Positions 27,412 to 35,107 of a DNA stretch of 64,000 nucleotides are shown in pieces; the stretch's first letter is position 1, and each line of letters starts with the position of its first letter. The stretch spans positions 14,499-78,498 of the forward strand of contig JADNRU010000001.1 of assembly GCA_016276965.1 (NCBI GenBank). The letters are read 5' to 3'. Under the pieces are notes generated by a model that ran no database searches, was not told where the DNA came from, and saw nothing but the letters and a program-made list of their open reading frames with translations. The translations under genes and the position numbers were made by a program. This stretch comes from Nitrosopumilales archaeon. Lineage in GTDB: Archaea > Thermoproteota > Nitrososphaeria > Nitrososphaerales > Nitrosopumilaceae.

Positions 27412-28056
27412 TTGAAAAATAAATGCTTAACTGCCTTTGCTTTTTTTGTCTTAATAGGAACTATAGCAAACTCTGCCGAAGCCCAGCTAATTGCTCCATT
27501 TGATTATACACTTACAGGAGCAGAAATCACAGATTTGAATTTTGATTTCAAAGATTTCGAAGTAATCTTAGATGTAGAAGTTACAGATTCTCCAGCTACT
27601 CTAAAGGTAAGCTTTGATCGAGAATTTTTTGATTCTCAGATTAATGGAGAAGATGACGATTTTATCATAATTGCTGATGGAGATTTGGTCCGTTATACTG
27701 AACTCGAAAATAACAGTAAGAGCAGGACTATAGAATTCCATCTTATGTCTGGTACTGACCAAGTTGAAATATTTGGAACTCACCTCAAGGGAATAACTTC
27801 CGAGTCTCACCAAATAAAGAGTGAGGAACCAACCATAATCATTTTAGATCAAACTGATAAAGTAAATGAATTATTAGCAGAAAATAAACAATTACAGAAA
27901 GAAAACAAACTCCTTACAGAGGACAATGAGGAGCTTGATAGTAGAATTTTTGAGCTTGAAAACTTGGTATCCGCACTAGAGAAACATATCAGTAATCTAA
28001 ACGCTCTAGTTTTGGAACAAGTAAAGGTAATTTACCAATGGGTATTCCCAATTTAA
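27412..28056 (+). CDS. Secreted protein with an acidic beta-rich N-domain and a C-terminal coiled coil
   Basis: TTG start. Signal-peptide-like CLTAFAFFVLIGTIANSAEAQ. The C-terminal heptads are NELLAENKQLQKENKLLTEDNEELDSRIFELENLVSALEKHISNLNALV. Confidence 0.6.
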   Translation: MKNKCLTAFAFFVLIGTIANSAEAQLIAPFDYTLTGAEITDLNFDFKDFEVILDVEVTDSPATLKVSFDREFFDSQINGEDDDFIIIADGDLVRYTELENNSKSRTIEFHLMSGTDQVEIFGTHLKGITSESHQIKSEEPTIIILDQTDKVNELLAENKQLQKENKLLTEDNEELDSRIFELENLVSALEKHISNLNALVLEQVKVIYQWVFPI

Positions 28057-28095
28057 TAAAATTTCCAAAATTAAACATTTAGAGAAATTTTTGAA

Positions 28096-28218
28096 TTAAG
28101 CTATAGCAATTTTTATTTCTCGAAAATCATGTCTTTCTAAATTTTTGTGAAGTATGGCATGTGAATGTTCTTTAAATGTTAGATCACATCTGTAACATTT
28201 CCATGCCATCTTACTCAT
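28096..28218 (-). CDS. Mini C2H2 zinc-finger protein (40 aa)
   Basis: MSKMAWKCYRCDLTFKEHSHAILHKNLERHDFREIKIAIA fits C-X2-C-X12-H-X5-H. The longer track ORF (to 28410) overlaps the next gene, and its N-terminal part looks non-coding. Confidence 0.45.
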   Translation of the reverse strand: MSKMAWKCYRCDLTFKEHSHAILHKNLERHDFREIKIAIA

Positions 28219-28386
28219 ATTGCAATTAACGCAATTTTTGTATTTAATATCCGCGTAGCTTTCGTTCTTTCCATCAATGATGAAAAATTTGAATAAAAAA
28301 ACCGTTGATTTTTTGCTATTGCACTTTAAGGTTTCTATGAAATTATATCTAAAATGTAAATACAATTCCAGAATTCTAATTTTAAA

Positions 28387-29025
28387 TTGGAAATGCTGGG
28401 CAATAAACAAATCATTTTTTTCACTTTGGCATCAACCCTTTTTATTTCATCAATTGCAGGTAATTCAATTTTCCAGACTGCATTTGCTCAGAGTCAAACT
28501 ACCCCCGGATTTACAGTATTAACTGGAGAACAGCTAAAAAACAATCCTTTTGCAACAAACATTCTAGATAGAATTGAGCAATCAAAGATATTACTTGCCC
28601 AACTTCAATCAGGCAAAAAACCAATGACTGAGCATCAAAAATTCATTGAAGAACAACGAACAATTGCTAAAGAGAGGCTTAATGCAGATCTTGCTCGAAT
28701 GAATAAACAATACGAAAATTATACCCCAAGAGCTGCATTTGGAAGCTTTCTTTCAGGAATTAACGGAACATATCATAATCTCTATTGGGACCAGTTTAAC
28801 TATCTTGATAACAAAATTCAGATTGCACGGAGTGCGATGAATGATGTTTTACAAAATGGTGGAAGCTATCAAGAAGCAAGACAAGCATATTTCAAATATG
28901 CATCTATGACCAAAGTAGAAATGATTAAGGTAAACCAAGACCTTAACATCAAGCATGGATTTGCAGATGCTTCTGTTCAAAAAATGTTTGATAAATATGG
29001 CAAACTACCTAGAACTGAAAACTAA
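28387..29025 (+). CDS. Secreted helical protein of unknown function
   Basis: Signal-peptide-like IIFFTLASTLFISSIAGNSIFQTAFAQ. The rest is helical and rich in Gln/Asn/Lys. Confidence 0.6.
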   Translation: MEMLGNKQIIFFTLASTLFISSIAGNSIFQTAFAQSQTTPGFTVLTGEQLKNNPFATNILDRIEQSKILLAQLQSGKKPMTEHQKFIEEQRTIAKERLNADLARMNKQYENYTPRAAFGSFLSGINGTYHNLYWDQFNYLDNKIQIARSAMNDVLQNGGSYQEARQAYFKYASMTKVEMIKVNQDLNIKHGFADASVQKMFDKYGKLPRTEN

Positions 29026-29067
29026 AGTTTGTTTTTGAATTTTTCAAATATTAAGAAATGTTAGGAT

Positions 29068-29176
29068 AAAATTACAAACAATTTCTTAACTATTTACTAT
29101 ACTATTGTATGCTAGACGAGGACTTTACCATATCTTGGCAAAATTAAGGGTTGTTTCAGTCATTTGTCCTCGTTCT
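29068..29176. repeat. Element B: 24-bp core (29068-29091) plus a hairpin (29116-29123 / 29166-29173, extendable by one G-U; 42-nt loop). It is an inverted homologue of element A.
   Basis: aaaattacaaacaatttcttaact at 29068-29091 is the exact reverse complement of 26336-26359. acgaggac ... gtcctcgt stems and the ttcagt loop block are shared with element A. A T-run (ctattttttt) follows the hairpin. Confidence 0.85.
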
Positions 29177-29306
29177 ATTTTTTTCCCAAAATAATCCAAA
29201 TCCATACCTATTTTGAGTCTACTGAGATTCCAAATTAAGCTAAATTGATGAAAATAAAGCTAGAACTGTAAACGATCCTAATTAATTCCAATGGAGTAAC
29301 AATGGT

Positions 29307-29960
29307 ATGACATACCAGAGTCTGGCAACTAATCCGTATGAATTACTAGAAAAGGTTGTACCCGACGAATCCGACTATAAGGTTGCTTTTTCTGGTAAGG
29401 TAGAAAGCTACTGTATTGGGATGGTAGATATCGTAAACTCTACAAGAATTTCTGCAGGATTACGTGAAGATGGATGGTGCAAATATTACATAATTTTCTT
29501 AAATTCAATGGCTAAAATTCTAAAGAGATTTGGGGGGATTCCCATTAAAAATAATGGAGATAGTTTATTGTATTATTTTCCACAATCAGCAGACCGTAAA
29601 ACCAAATATGGCTTTGTTAGTTGCTTGGAGTGTAGTCTAGCAATGATTGAGGCACAGGAACTCTTGTCACATACCTCTCAAAAAAATGGTTTGCCCAGTC
29701 TTAATTATCGAATCAGTTCTGATTATGGCAAAGTAACAATCATGGAGCCAAATAATTTATCTCCAATGGATGTAATGGGCCCCCCAGTAAACATGTGTTC
29801 AAAAATGAACCATAACGCAGAGGTAAATGGAATAGTTATCGGAGGAGATATGTATGAAATGGTTAAAGATTTGCATGACTATCGTTTCAAGCAGGTAGAT
29901 GGGTATTCAATTGGTTTGAAGTATGCGTACCCTGTTTACTCTGTTTACAGGAAGCATTGA
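29307..29960 (+). CDS. Stand-alone class III nucleotidyl (adenylate/guanylate) cyclase-homology-domain protein
   Basis: 217 aa. GMVDIVNSTRIS (first metal Asp), IKNNGDSLLYYF (second metal Asp), YRISSDYGKV and GPPVNMCSKM (Asn present, Lys where Arg is usual). Confidence 0.7.
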   Translation: MTYQSLATNPYELLEKVVPDESDYKVAFSGKVESYCIGMVDIVNSTRISAGLREDGWCKYYIIFLNSMAKILKRFGGIPIKNNGDSLLYYFPQSADRKTKYGFVSCLECSLAMIEAQELLSHTSQKNGLPSLNYRISSDYGKVTIMEPNNLSPMDVMGPPVNMCSKMNHNAEVNGIVIGGDMYEMVKDLHDYRFKQVDGYSIGLKYAYPVYSVYRKH

Positions 29961-30041
29961 TTTAATAAAATTGTCCTCAAAATTAAGAGATTTCCAGATA
30001 CAGTCAAGTACCATTTGACGTATTAAAACAAGGGCAAAAGG

Positions 30042-30206
30042 ATGGGGACAATGAGAAAAAAGAAAAAAATAATCCAAACAAATTCAGATGAGCATAAAGT
30101 TGAATGTCCCGACTGTCCTACTGAAGCCTCTGTTTATTGGGATATCCGTTACAACGGTTATAGAGGAACCTGTGAGGTATGTGAAACAAACTGGCCTGAA
30201 TCATAA
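30042..30206 (+). CDS. Small zinc-ribbon protein (54 aa), paralogue of 50991..51185; not in the ORF track
   Basis: Manual translation gives MGTMRKKKKIIQTNSDEHKVECPDCPTEASVYWDIRYNGYRGTCEVCETNWPES-stop. Compare ...VRCPICNREIQPYWEPRYNGVRATCNICGTNWQES-stop at 50991. Confidence 0.5.
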   Translation: MGTMRKKKKIIQTNSDEHKVECPDCPTEASVYWDIRYNGYRGTCEVCETNWPES

Positions 30207-30213
30207 ATTCAAA

Positions 30214-30597
30214 TTATCTGGATGAATACATCAAATATCCATTCTTTACTTTCTTAATTGTGTCTATCACATGATTGGTTTCGTATGGCTTGACTATTGT
30301 TGCTGAAGCCTGAAGTCCTCTTAGGGTCTTTTCAGTATGTTGAGATAATGAGCCAGTAATCATAATGATTTTGGCCTTGGGATCAAATTCTCGAATTTTT
30401 TGCAACCCATGATATCCATCAAATTTAGGCATAACCAGATCCATTAGAACAAGATCAGGTTTGTATTTTTTATACAACTCAACTGCCTCCTTTCCATTAT
30501 TTCCTCTAGCCAAAACCTTAATGTCATTCATTTCTAGATATTCACACAATACTTCTGCAGCATCATCATAATCATCAATAACAATAACACTAGTCAT
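30214..30597 (-). CDS. Stand-alone response-regulator receiver (CheY-like) protein
   Basis: 127 aa. VIVIDDYDD, the phospho-acceptor context DLVLMDLVMPKFDG, MITGS and the conserved Lys in TIVKPY. Confidence 0.85.
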   Translation of the reverse strand: MTSVIVIDDYDDAAEVLCEYLEMNDIKVLARGNNGKEAVELYKKYKPDLVLMDLVMPKFDGYHGLQKIREFDPKAKIIMITGSLSQHTEKTLRGLQASATIVKPYETNHVIDTIKKVKNGYLMYSSR

Positions 30598-30767
30598 TAG
30601 ATGCTTGAATTAGTCAAAAATCATAATATCCTCTTGTATGTTTGCTGTGAACATCTGCATAATTCAGATCTCTTATACCTAATTATTACTTAGATTGGCC
30701 AAATTGGAAATAATAAAACCATAAAAATTCCGCACCCGATATATGAAAAAATGTAGTATATACTAAC

Positions 30768-31007
30768 ATGTATGAAATCAGGGCAAATCTGGGCAGAGGC
30801 ATGGTAAAAAGCCTGTCATCTATCATGACAGGCAGGGAAGTCCCTTTGGAAAACATTTGGGAAACAATTCAAGATTTTGGTATAACCAGAAGCGACCTTA
30901 AGAAACTAAATCCATCCTACAAAGAACTCCATGAAGTATATTCGGCTATCAAGGCTTACCGCCTCAGTGTAAAGTATCTCAAACAATTAGCTACTAGTGT
31001 TGAATAA
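30768..31007 (+). CDS. Hypothetical protein
   Basis: 79-aa ORF. No motif recognised. Confidence 0.45.
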   Translation: MYEIRANLGRGMVKSLSSIMTGREVPLENIWETIQDFGITRSDLKKLNPSYKELHEVYSAIKAYRLSVKYLKQLATSVE

Positions 31008-31395
31008 AACTTCATTTTTGGTAAAATTTTTAATTCATGAAGGGAGCCGTGAGGCTCCCCAACATGATACAACTCCTCTACCGTTCTGGATTGGTCGGGA
31101 TTACTTTCATTGTGGTCTGGGCAATGAGGCTACAAGTAATTTCTCATTTTGTATTAAAGCGTTTACGTAGAAATTATCAGTATGATCTATATACTCAAAA
31201 TTAAAAACTGCAGCTAGTATTTGGGGCTGTCACCAAAGTACTTTCGTTTTTGGTCTTAAGCTCCAAAATACTGGTGTAAAAAATTGGCCAAGTTAAATCC
31301 CAAAGGAAAACTCAAACCATATTCATCAAATATGATTTACCCACTCTCAATTGTTTTACTAACTTGGGCAGTATACATTTGGAGATAAATTCAGA

Positions 31396-32322
31396 TTATA
31401 ATGCAGAATCTACCATCAGAGCAATGAATAGTACTGCCAAGTATGGGCTAGAAAACTTAAACAAAGTCCAAGAAGCTTTCTCGGTTGGTTTTTTGATTAC
31501 CCATGCACTCAAAACCATCATAAGAATTCCTGAAGCTATAGCAGTATACAAGTAAACTGGACCCATTACTGAAGTGCCATCTTCATGAGTTAGGAAAAAT
31601 GGAACTATACTAAATAACACCATCATTAGAGTTGTTCCTGCAATTATTCTAGCAGCTGCATTTTCAGAACAAATAGCAGTAAGCATTGGAACACTCACTT
31701 TGTTGTAATCTTCTTTGAAGTGTAGAGTAAGGGCCCAAATGTGCATTGGAATCCATACAAACACCAAAGCAGCCATCACTAGACCCAAATCCCATAATCC
31801 CTGAGTAGTAACTGCCACATATCCTATCATTGCTGGTGCACCTCCTGAAAATCCACCAAGAATGATGTTAGTCCAACTTCTACGCTTTAACAAATAACTA
31901 TACACGAAGATATTATCAGCTAGTCCAAATGCCATAAACGAACCTGCCAAAATCCCCTGCCAAAAAGTTGTAGTGTATGATATTCCAAAAGCACAGGCCA
32001 AAGAAATACCTGCTAAAACCAAACCAAAATCTCTAGCTTTTTCTGGGGAAATTCTCCCGCTTGGTATTGGTCTATTCTTAGTTCTTTCCATAATTGCATC
32101 AATATCTCTATCATGATAATTTGTCAAAGTATTTGCTGCAGCTGAACCTGCAGCAACTCCTGCAATCATGAGAGCCCAAGTAATTGGAGATACATCAATA
32201 GAGTAAATGTTAGAGGCTGTGATCGCTGCAGCAAAAGCAGTAAACACCAAAAGGTACCAAATTTTCGGTTTTGTTAGTTCATAGTAATTTTTGAATCGAG
32301 ATTCAGTTTTTGCCCTTTGCAT
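31396..32322 (-). CDS. ctaB: Protoheme IX farnesyltransferase (heme O synthase)
   Basis: 308 aa polytopic UbiA-family protein with NTLTNYHDRDIDAIMERTKNRPIPSGRI. Confidence 0.9.
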   Translation of the reverse strand: MQRAKTESRFKNYYELTKPKIWYLLVFTAFAAAITASNIYSIDVSPITWALMIAGVAAGSAAANTLTNYHDRDIDAIMERTKNRPIPSGRISPEKARDFGLVLAGISLACAFGISYTTTFWQGILAGSFMAFGLADNIFVYSYLLKRRSWTNIILGGFSGGAPAMIGYVAVTTQGLWDLGLVMAALVFVWIPMHIWALTLHFKEDYNKVSVPMLTAICSENAAARIIAGTTLMMVLFSIVPFFLTHEDGTSVMGPVYLYTAIASGILMMVLSAWVIKKPTEKASWTLFKFSSPYLAVLFIALMVDSAL

Positions 32323-32372
32323 TTAGTTTGCCCTCCATTGAGAAGATCTTAATCAAAATTAAATGTACCACA

Positions 32373-32831
32373 CTATTTCGCAGGCATATAAGGCATTGAT
32401 TTGGTCCTAGTTTTCATTTCAATAAAACTTTCAGAGCTAATGACTCCATCTATTCTTCCAATTTTATCTGAAACCAATTTATGCATCTGATCAAGGGATT
32501 TTGCATACATGGTTACCAAAATATCAAACCTTCCAGTAACTTCGGCAATTTCACGAACACCATCTATTTTGAAAAGTTCTTCAATAACATTATCTCTTTT
32601 TTTGGAATCCATATTAATCCCAGTTAATGATTTTACTTGATATCCTAACTCTTGATCATTAACAACTATAGTAAATTTCTCAATTAATTTGCGTCTGACT
32701 AATCTCTTTATTCTACTATAAACAACAGATGAATTGACTTTAATTTTTTTTGAAAGTTTAGGAATTGAAATTGCTGCATCTTCTGAAAGTTCAGATAAAA
32801 TCATAAGATCCAAATCATCAATTTTTGCCAT
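32373..32831 (-). CDS. Lrp/AsnC-family transcriptional regulator (HTH + RAM domain)
   Basis: 152 aa. DLDLMILSELSEDAAISIPKLSKKIKVNSSVVYSRIKRL is followed by a RAM domain. Confidence 0.85.
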   Translation of the reverse strand: MAKIDDLDLMILSELSEDAAISIPKLSKKIKVNSSVVYSRIKRLVRRKLIEKFTIVVNDQELGYQVKSLTGINMDSKKRDNVIEELFKIDGVREIAEVTGRFDILVTMYAKSLDQMHKLVSDKIGRIDGVISSESFIEMKTRTKSMPYMPAK

Positions 32832-32901
32832 AAGATTAATCTTAAAATTTAGAGAAATCTCGGTTTAATAAAGCTATTATTGAAATTTTTATAATTTTGG
32901 A

Positions 32902-33987
32902 TTAGATTTTACCTTTTTTGTATAGCATTTCTGCTAACAGCACTGCGCCTTTTGCAGAGCCCATCTTTTTGTTATGACTGAATAACATGTACTTTAGACC
33001 GTGATCGAATAGTTCTTCCTTTTCAACTCTACCAATAGTTGTAGTCATTCCATCACCAACCTCTCGTTCCATTCTTGGTTGTGGTCTTGTTGGGTCTTCA
33101 TGAAATGCATAATATTTTTCTGGAGCTGAAGGCAATCCAGCCACAGAAATTTTTTGATTATAATTATTGTAAAGCTCTTTTGCTTTCTCAGGATCGATGT
33201 CTTTATTGGTTTCGACGAATACTGATTCGGTATGGCCATCAATCACTGGTACTCTAGTACAAGTACAACTAACTTTAATATCTGCATCTTCTATTTTTCC
33301 ATCTTTTAATTTGCCAAGAATCTTTCTTGTTTCTTTTCTAACTTTTTCTTCCTCTTTTGGAATGTATGGTATTATGTTATCAGTAATATTCATCGCACCA
33401 AGACCTGGCGATCTTCCTGCACCAGAGATTGCTTGCATTGAAGTCATCAAAACTTTTTTTACACCATATTTTTCAAATAACGGTTTAAGCGTTATAGCCA
33501 AACCAGTTGTAGTACAATTTGGAAGTGGGGCAACCCATCCTTTCCAATTTCTATTCTTTTTTTGAACCTCTAATAGCTCTGCTAGTTCATCATTTACCCC
33601 AGGAATTAAAATTGGAACATCCTCTTCATATCGATAAGCGGAACTAGTACTAATAACAGGAACATCTTTTGCAAATTTTGTTTCAATATCACGGGCTGCT
33701 ACAGATTCTACTGCTGAAAATACTAAATCTAACTGAGATGCATCAATTTCATCAATATTTTTGACAGTCATTTCTTTGATATAATTAGGAATTTCACTAC
33801 CTACTTCCCAAGAAACAATTCCACTATTTGGATCTCTAATAGCTTCAACAAACTTTTTGCCAGCAGATCTTTCTGAAGCTGCAATCTGAGTTACCTCAAA
33901 CCATGGATGGTTTTCTAGTGAAAGTACAAACTCCTGTCCTACCGAACCCGTGACTCCAACTATGGCTATTTTCTTTTTCACGAACAA
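32902..33987 (-). CDS. asd: Aspartate-semialdehyde dehydrogenase (archaeal type)
   Basis: 361 aa. IAIVGVTGSVGQEF, the catalytic NCTTTGL and GAGRSPG. The family also includes archaeal malonyl-CoA reductases, so substrate assignment is by default. Confidence 0.8.
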   Translation of the reverse strand: MFVKKKIAIVGVTGSVGQEFVLSLENHPWFEVTQIAASERSAGKKFVEAIRDPNSGIVSWEVGSEIPNYIKEMTVKNIDEIDASQLDLVFSAVESVAARDIETKFAKDVPVISTSSAYRYEEDVPILIPGVNDELAELLEVQKKNRNWKGWVAPLPNCTTTGLAITLKPLFEKYGVKKVLMTSMQAISGAGRSPGLGAMNITDNIIPYIPKEEEKVRKETRKILGKLKDGKIEDADIKVSCTCTRVPVIDGHTESVFVETNKDIDPEKAKELYNNYNQKISVAGLPSAPEKYYAFHEDPTRPQPRMEREVGDGMTTTIGRVEKEELFDHGLKYMLFSHNKKMGSAKGAVLLAEMLYKKGKI

Positions 33988-34033
33988 TTTTGCTAAAGAT
34001 TCAATTAATAATCCTTTATCGTATTTCCTTACG

Positions 34034-35107
34034 TTGAAGCTGAATCAAAATGTAGCATTGCACAAACCAGTTTCTCATGGAGGTCCTTATTCCATCAAAA
34101 AACCTCCTCTAGACCTACTTGACTTTAGCTCAAACATCAACCCTCTTGGAGCTCCACCAATGGTTCGAAGGTATCTTCATAAGAAACTAGATACAATATC
34201 ACAATATCCTGATACAGATTCTGTAAATTTACGAAAAGGACTACAATGGTATTGTAAGATTCCATTTGATCAAATTGTTATTGGAAACGGTGCAACTGAA
34301 ATCATTTACAATTTTTGTCAAGCATTCTTGAATAAAAAAACTCCAGTATTAATTCCAATTCCAACATTTGGAGAATATGAAGCTGCAGCAAAGCTTTCAG
34401 GATGCAAAATTTTATTTTTTAAAACAATGAATTTAGAAGCTAACCTCAATGATTTTATTAAAAAAATTCCAAAAAATGGATGTGTGTTTGTTTGTAATCC
34501 AAATAATCCTACAGGAACTATTCTATCAAAAACAAAATTGCAAAAAATAATTCAATCTGCAAAGAAAAAATCTACTCTAATCTTTGTTGATGAGTCATTT
34601 ATAGAACTTGTTCCAGATTCAAATGAATCGATGATAAAATTTGTTAAAAAATACAGAAATCTATTCATACTTCGGTCAATGACAAAGTCATTTGGTTTAG
34701 CAGGAATTCGTGTGGGATATGGAATTGGAAATAAACAAATTATTTCTATTCTTAACAAGCTGAAAATTCCATGGAACGTTAGTGGACTTGCTCATCATGC
34801 AGCTGGAGCTGCACTTTGTTCTGTTTTTTATTTGGAGAAAGCCAAAAAATTAATCAAAAAAGAATCTAAATATCTAAGAAATTCTATTGCAAAGATTGAT
34901 GGTTTTGAGTGTCATGATACATCGACTAATTTTATTTTGATTAAAACAAAACAAAAATCAAAAACTTTACAAAAAAAACTTTTAAAGAAAAAAATTTTGA
35001 TCCGAGATTGTTCAACATTTAGAGGATTAAACAACAATTATGTTAGGATTGCAGTAAAAACAAGAAAAGAAAATCTAAAACTTGTAAAAGCATTGGAGAC
35101 AATTTAA
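34034..35107 (+). CDS. cobD: L-threonine-O-3-phosphate decarboxylase (CobD, class II aminotransferase fold)
   Basis: HGG...LDFSSNINPLG, NPNNPTG and SMTKSFGLAGIRVGY motifs, and it heads a cobalamin gene cluster. A TTG at 34034 is preferred because the track start at 33950 overlaps asd. Confidence 0.75.
   Translation: MKLNQNVALHKPVSHGGPYSIKKPPLDLLDFSSNINPLGAPPMVRRYLHKKLDTISQYPDTDSVNLRKGLQWYCKIPFDQIVIGNGATEIIYNFCQAFLNKKTPVLIPIPTFGEYEAAAKLSGCKILFFKTMNLEANLNDFIKKIPKNGCVFVCNPNNPTGTILSKTKLQKIIQSAKKKSTLIFVDESFIELVPDSNESMIKFVKKYRNLFILRSMTKSFGLAGIRVGYGIGNKQIISILNKLKIPWNVSGLAHHAAGAALCSVFYLEKAKKLIKKESKYLRNSIAKIDGFECHDTSTNFILIKTKQKSKTLQKKLLKKKILIRDCSTFRGLNNNYVRIAVKTRKENLKLVKALETI

Noticed and set aside
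31364-31555. 63-aa plus-strand ORF at the ctaB 3' end; likewise 25207-25419 and 25361-25627 around the CAP-domain gene, 11319-11615, 5034-5255, 20876-21172 and 28277-28522
   Set aside because: They overlap confidently called genes, are largely hydrophobic or low-complexity, and have no motifs.
33045-33565. More shadow ORFs. Examples: 33045-33242, 33075-33257, 33197-33565, 34552-34758, 35664-35885, 36020-36346, 36520-36756, 36879-37109, 37293-37517, 39764-39961, 41228-41425, 41963-42235, 43316-43522, 43871-44083, 44338-44586, 45368-45583, 47325-47513, 50268-50516, 50715-50921, 51100-51309, 51831-52046, 54261-54443, 54820-55114, 55247-55468, 57014-57244, 57478-57759, 58965-59177, 61260-61442, 62085-62324, 62381-62596, 62879-63097.
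   Set aside because: Same reasoning. They overlap asd, cob genes, the thermosome, guaA, dph2, hmgA and his genes, and have no independent support.
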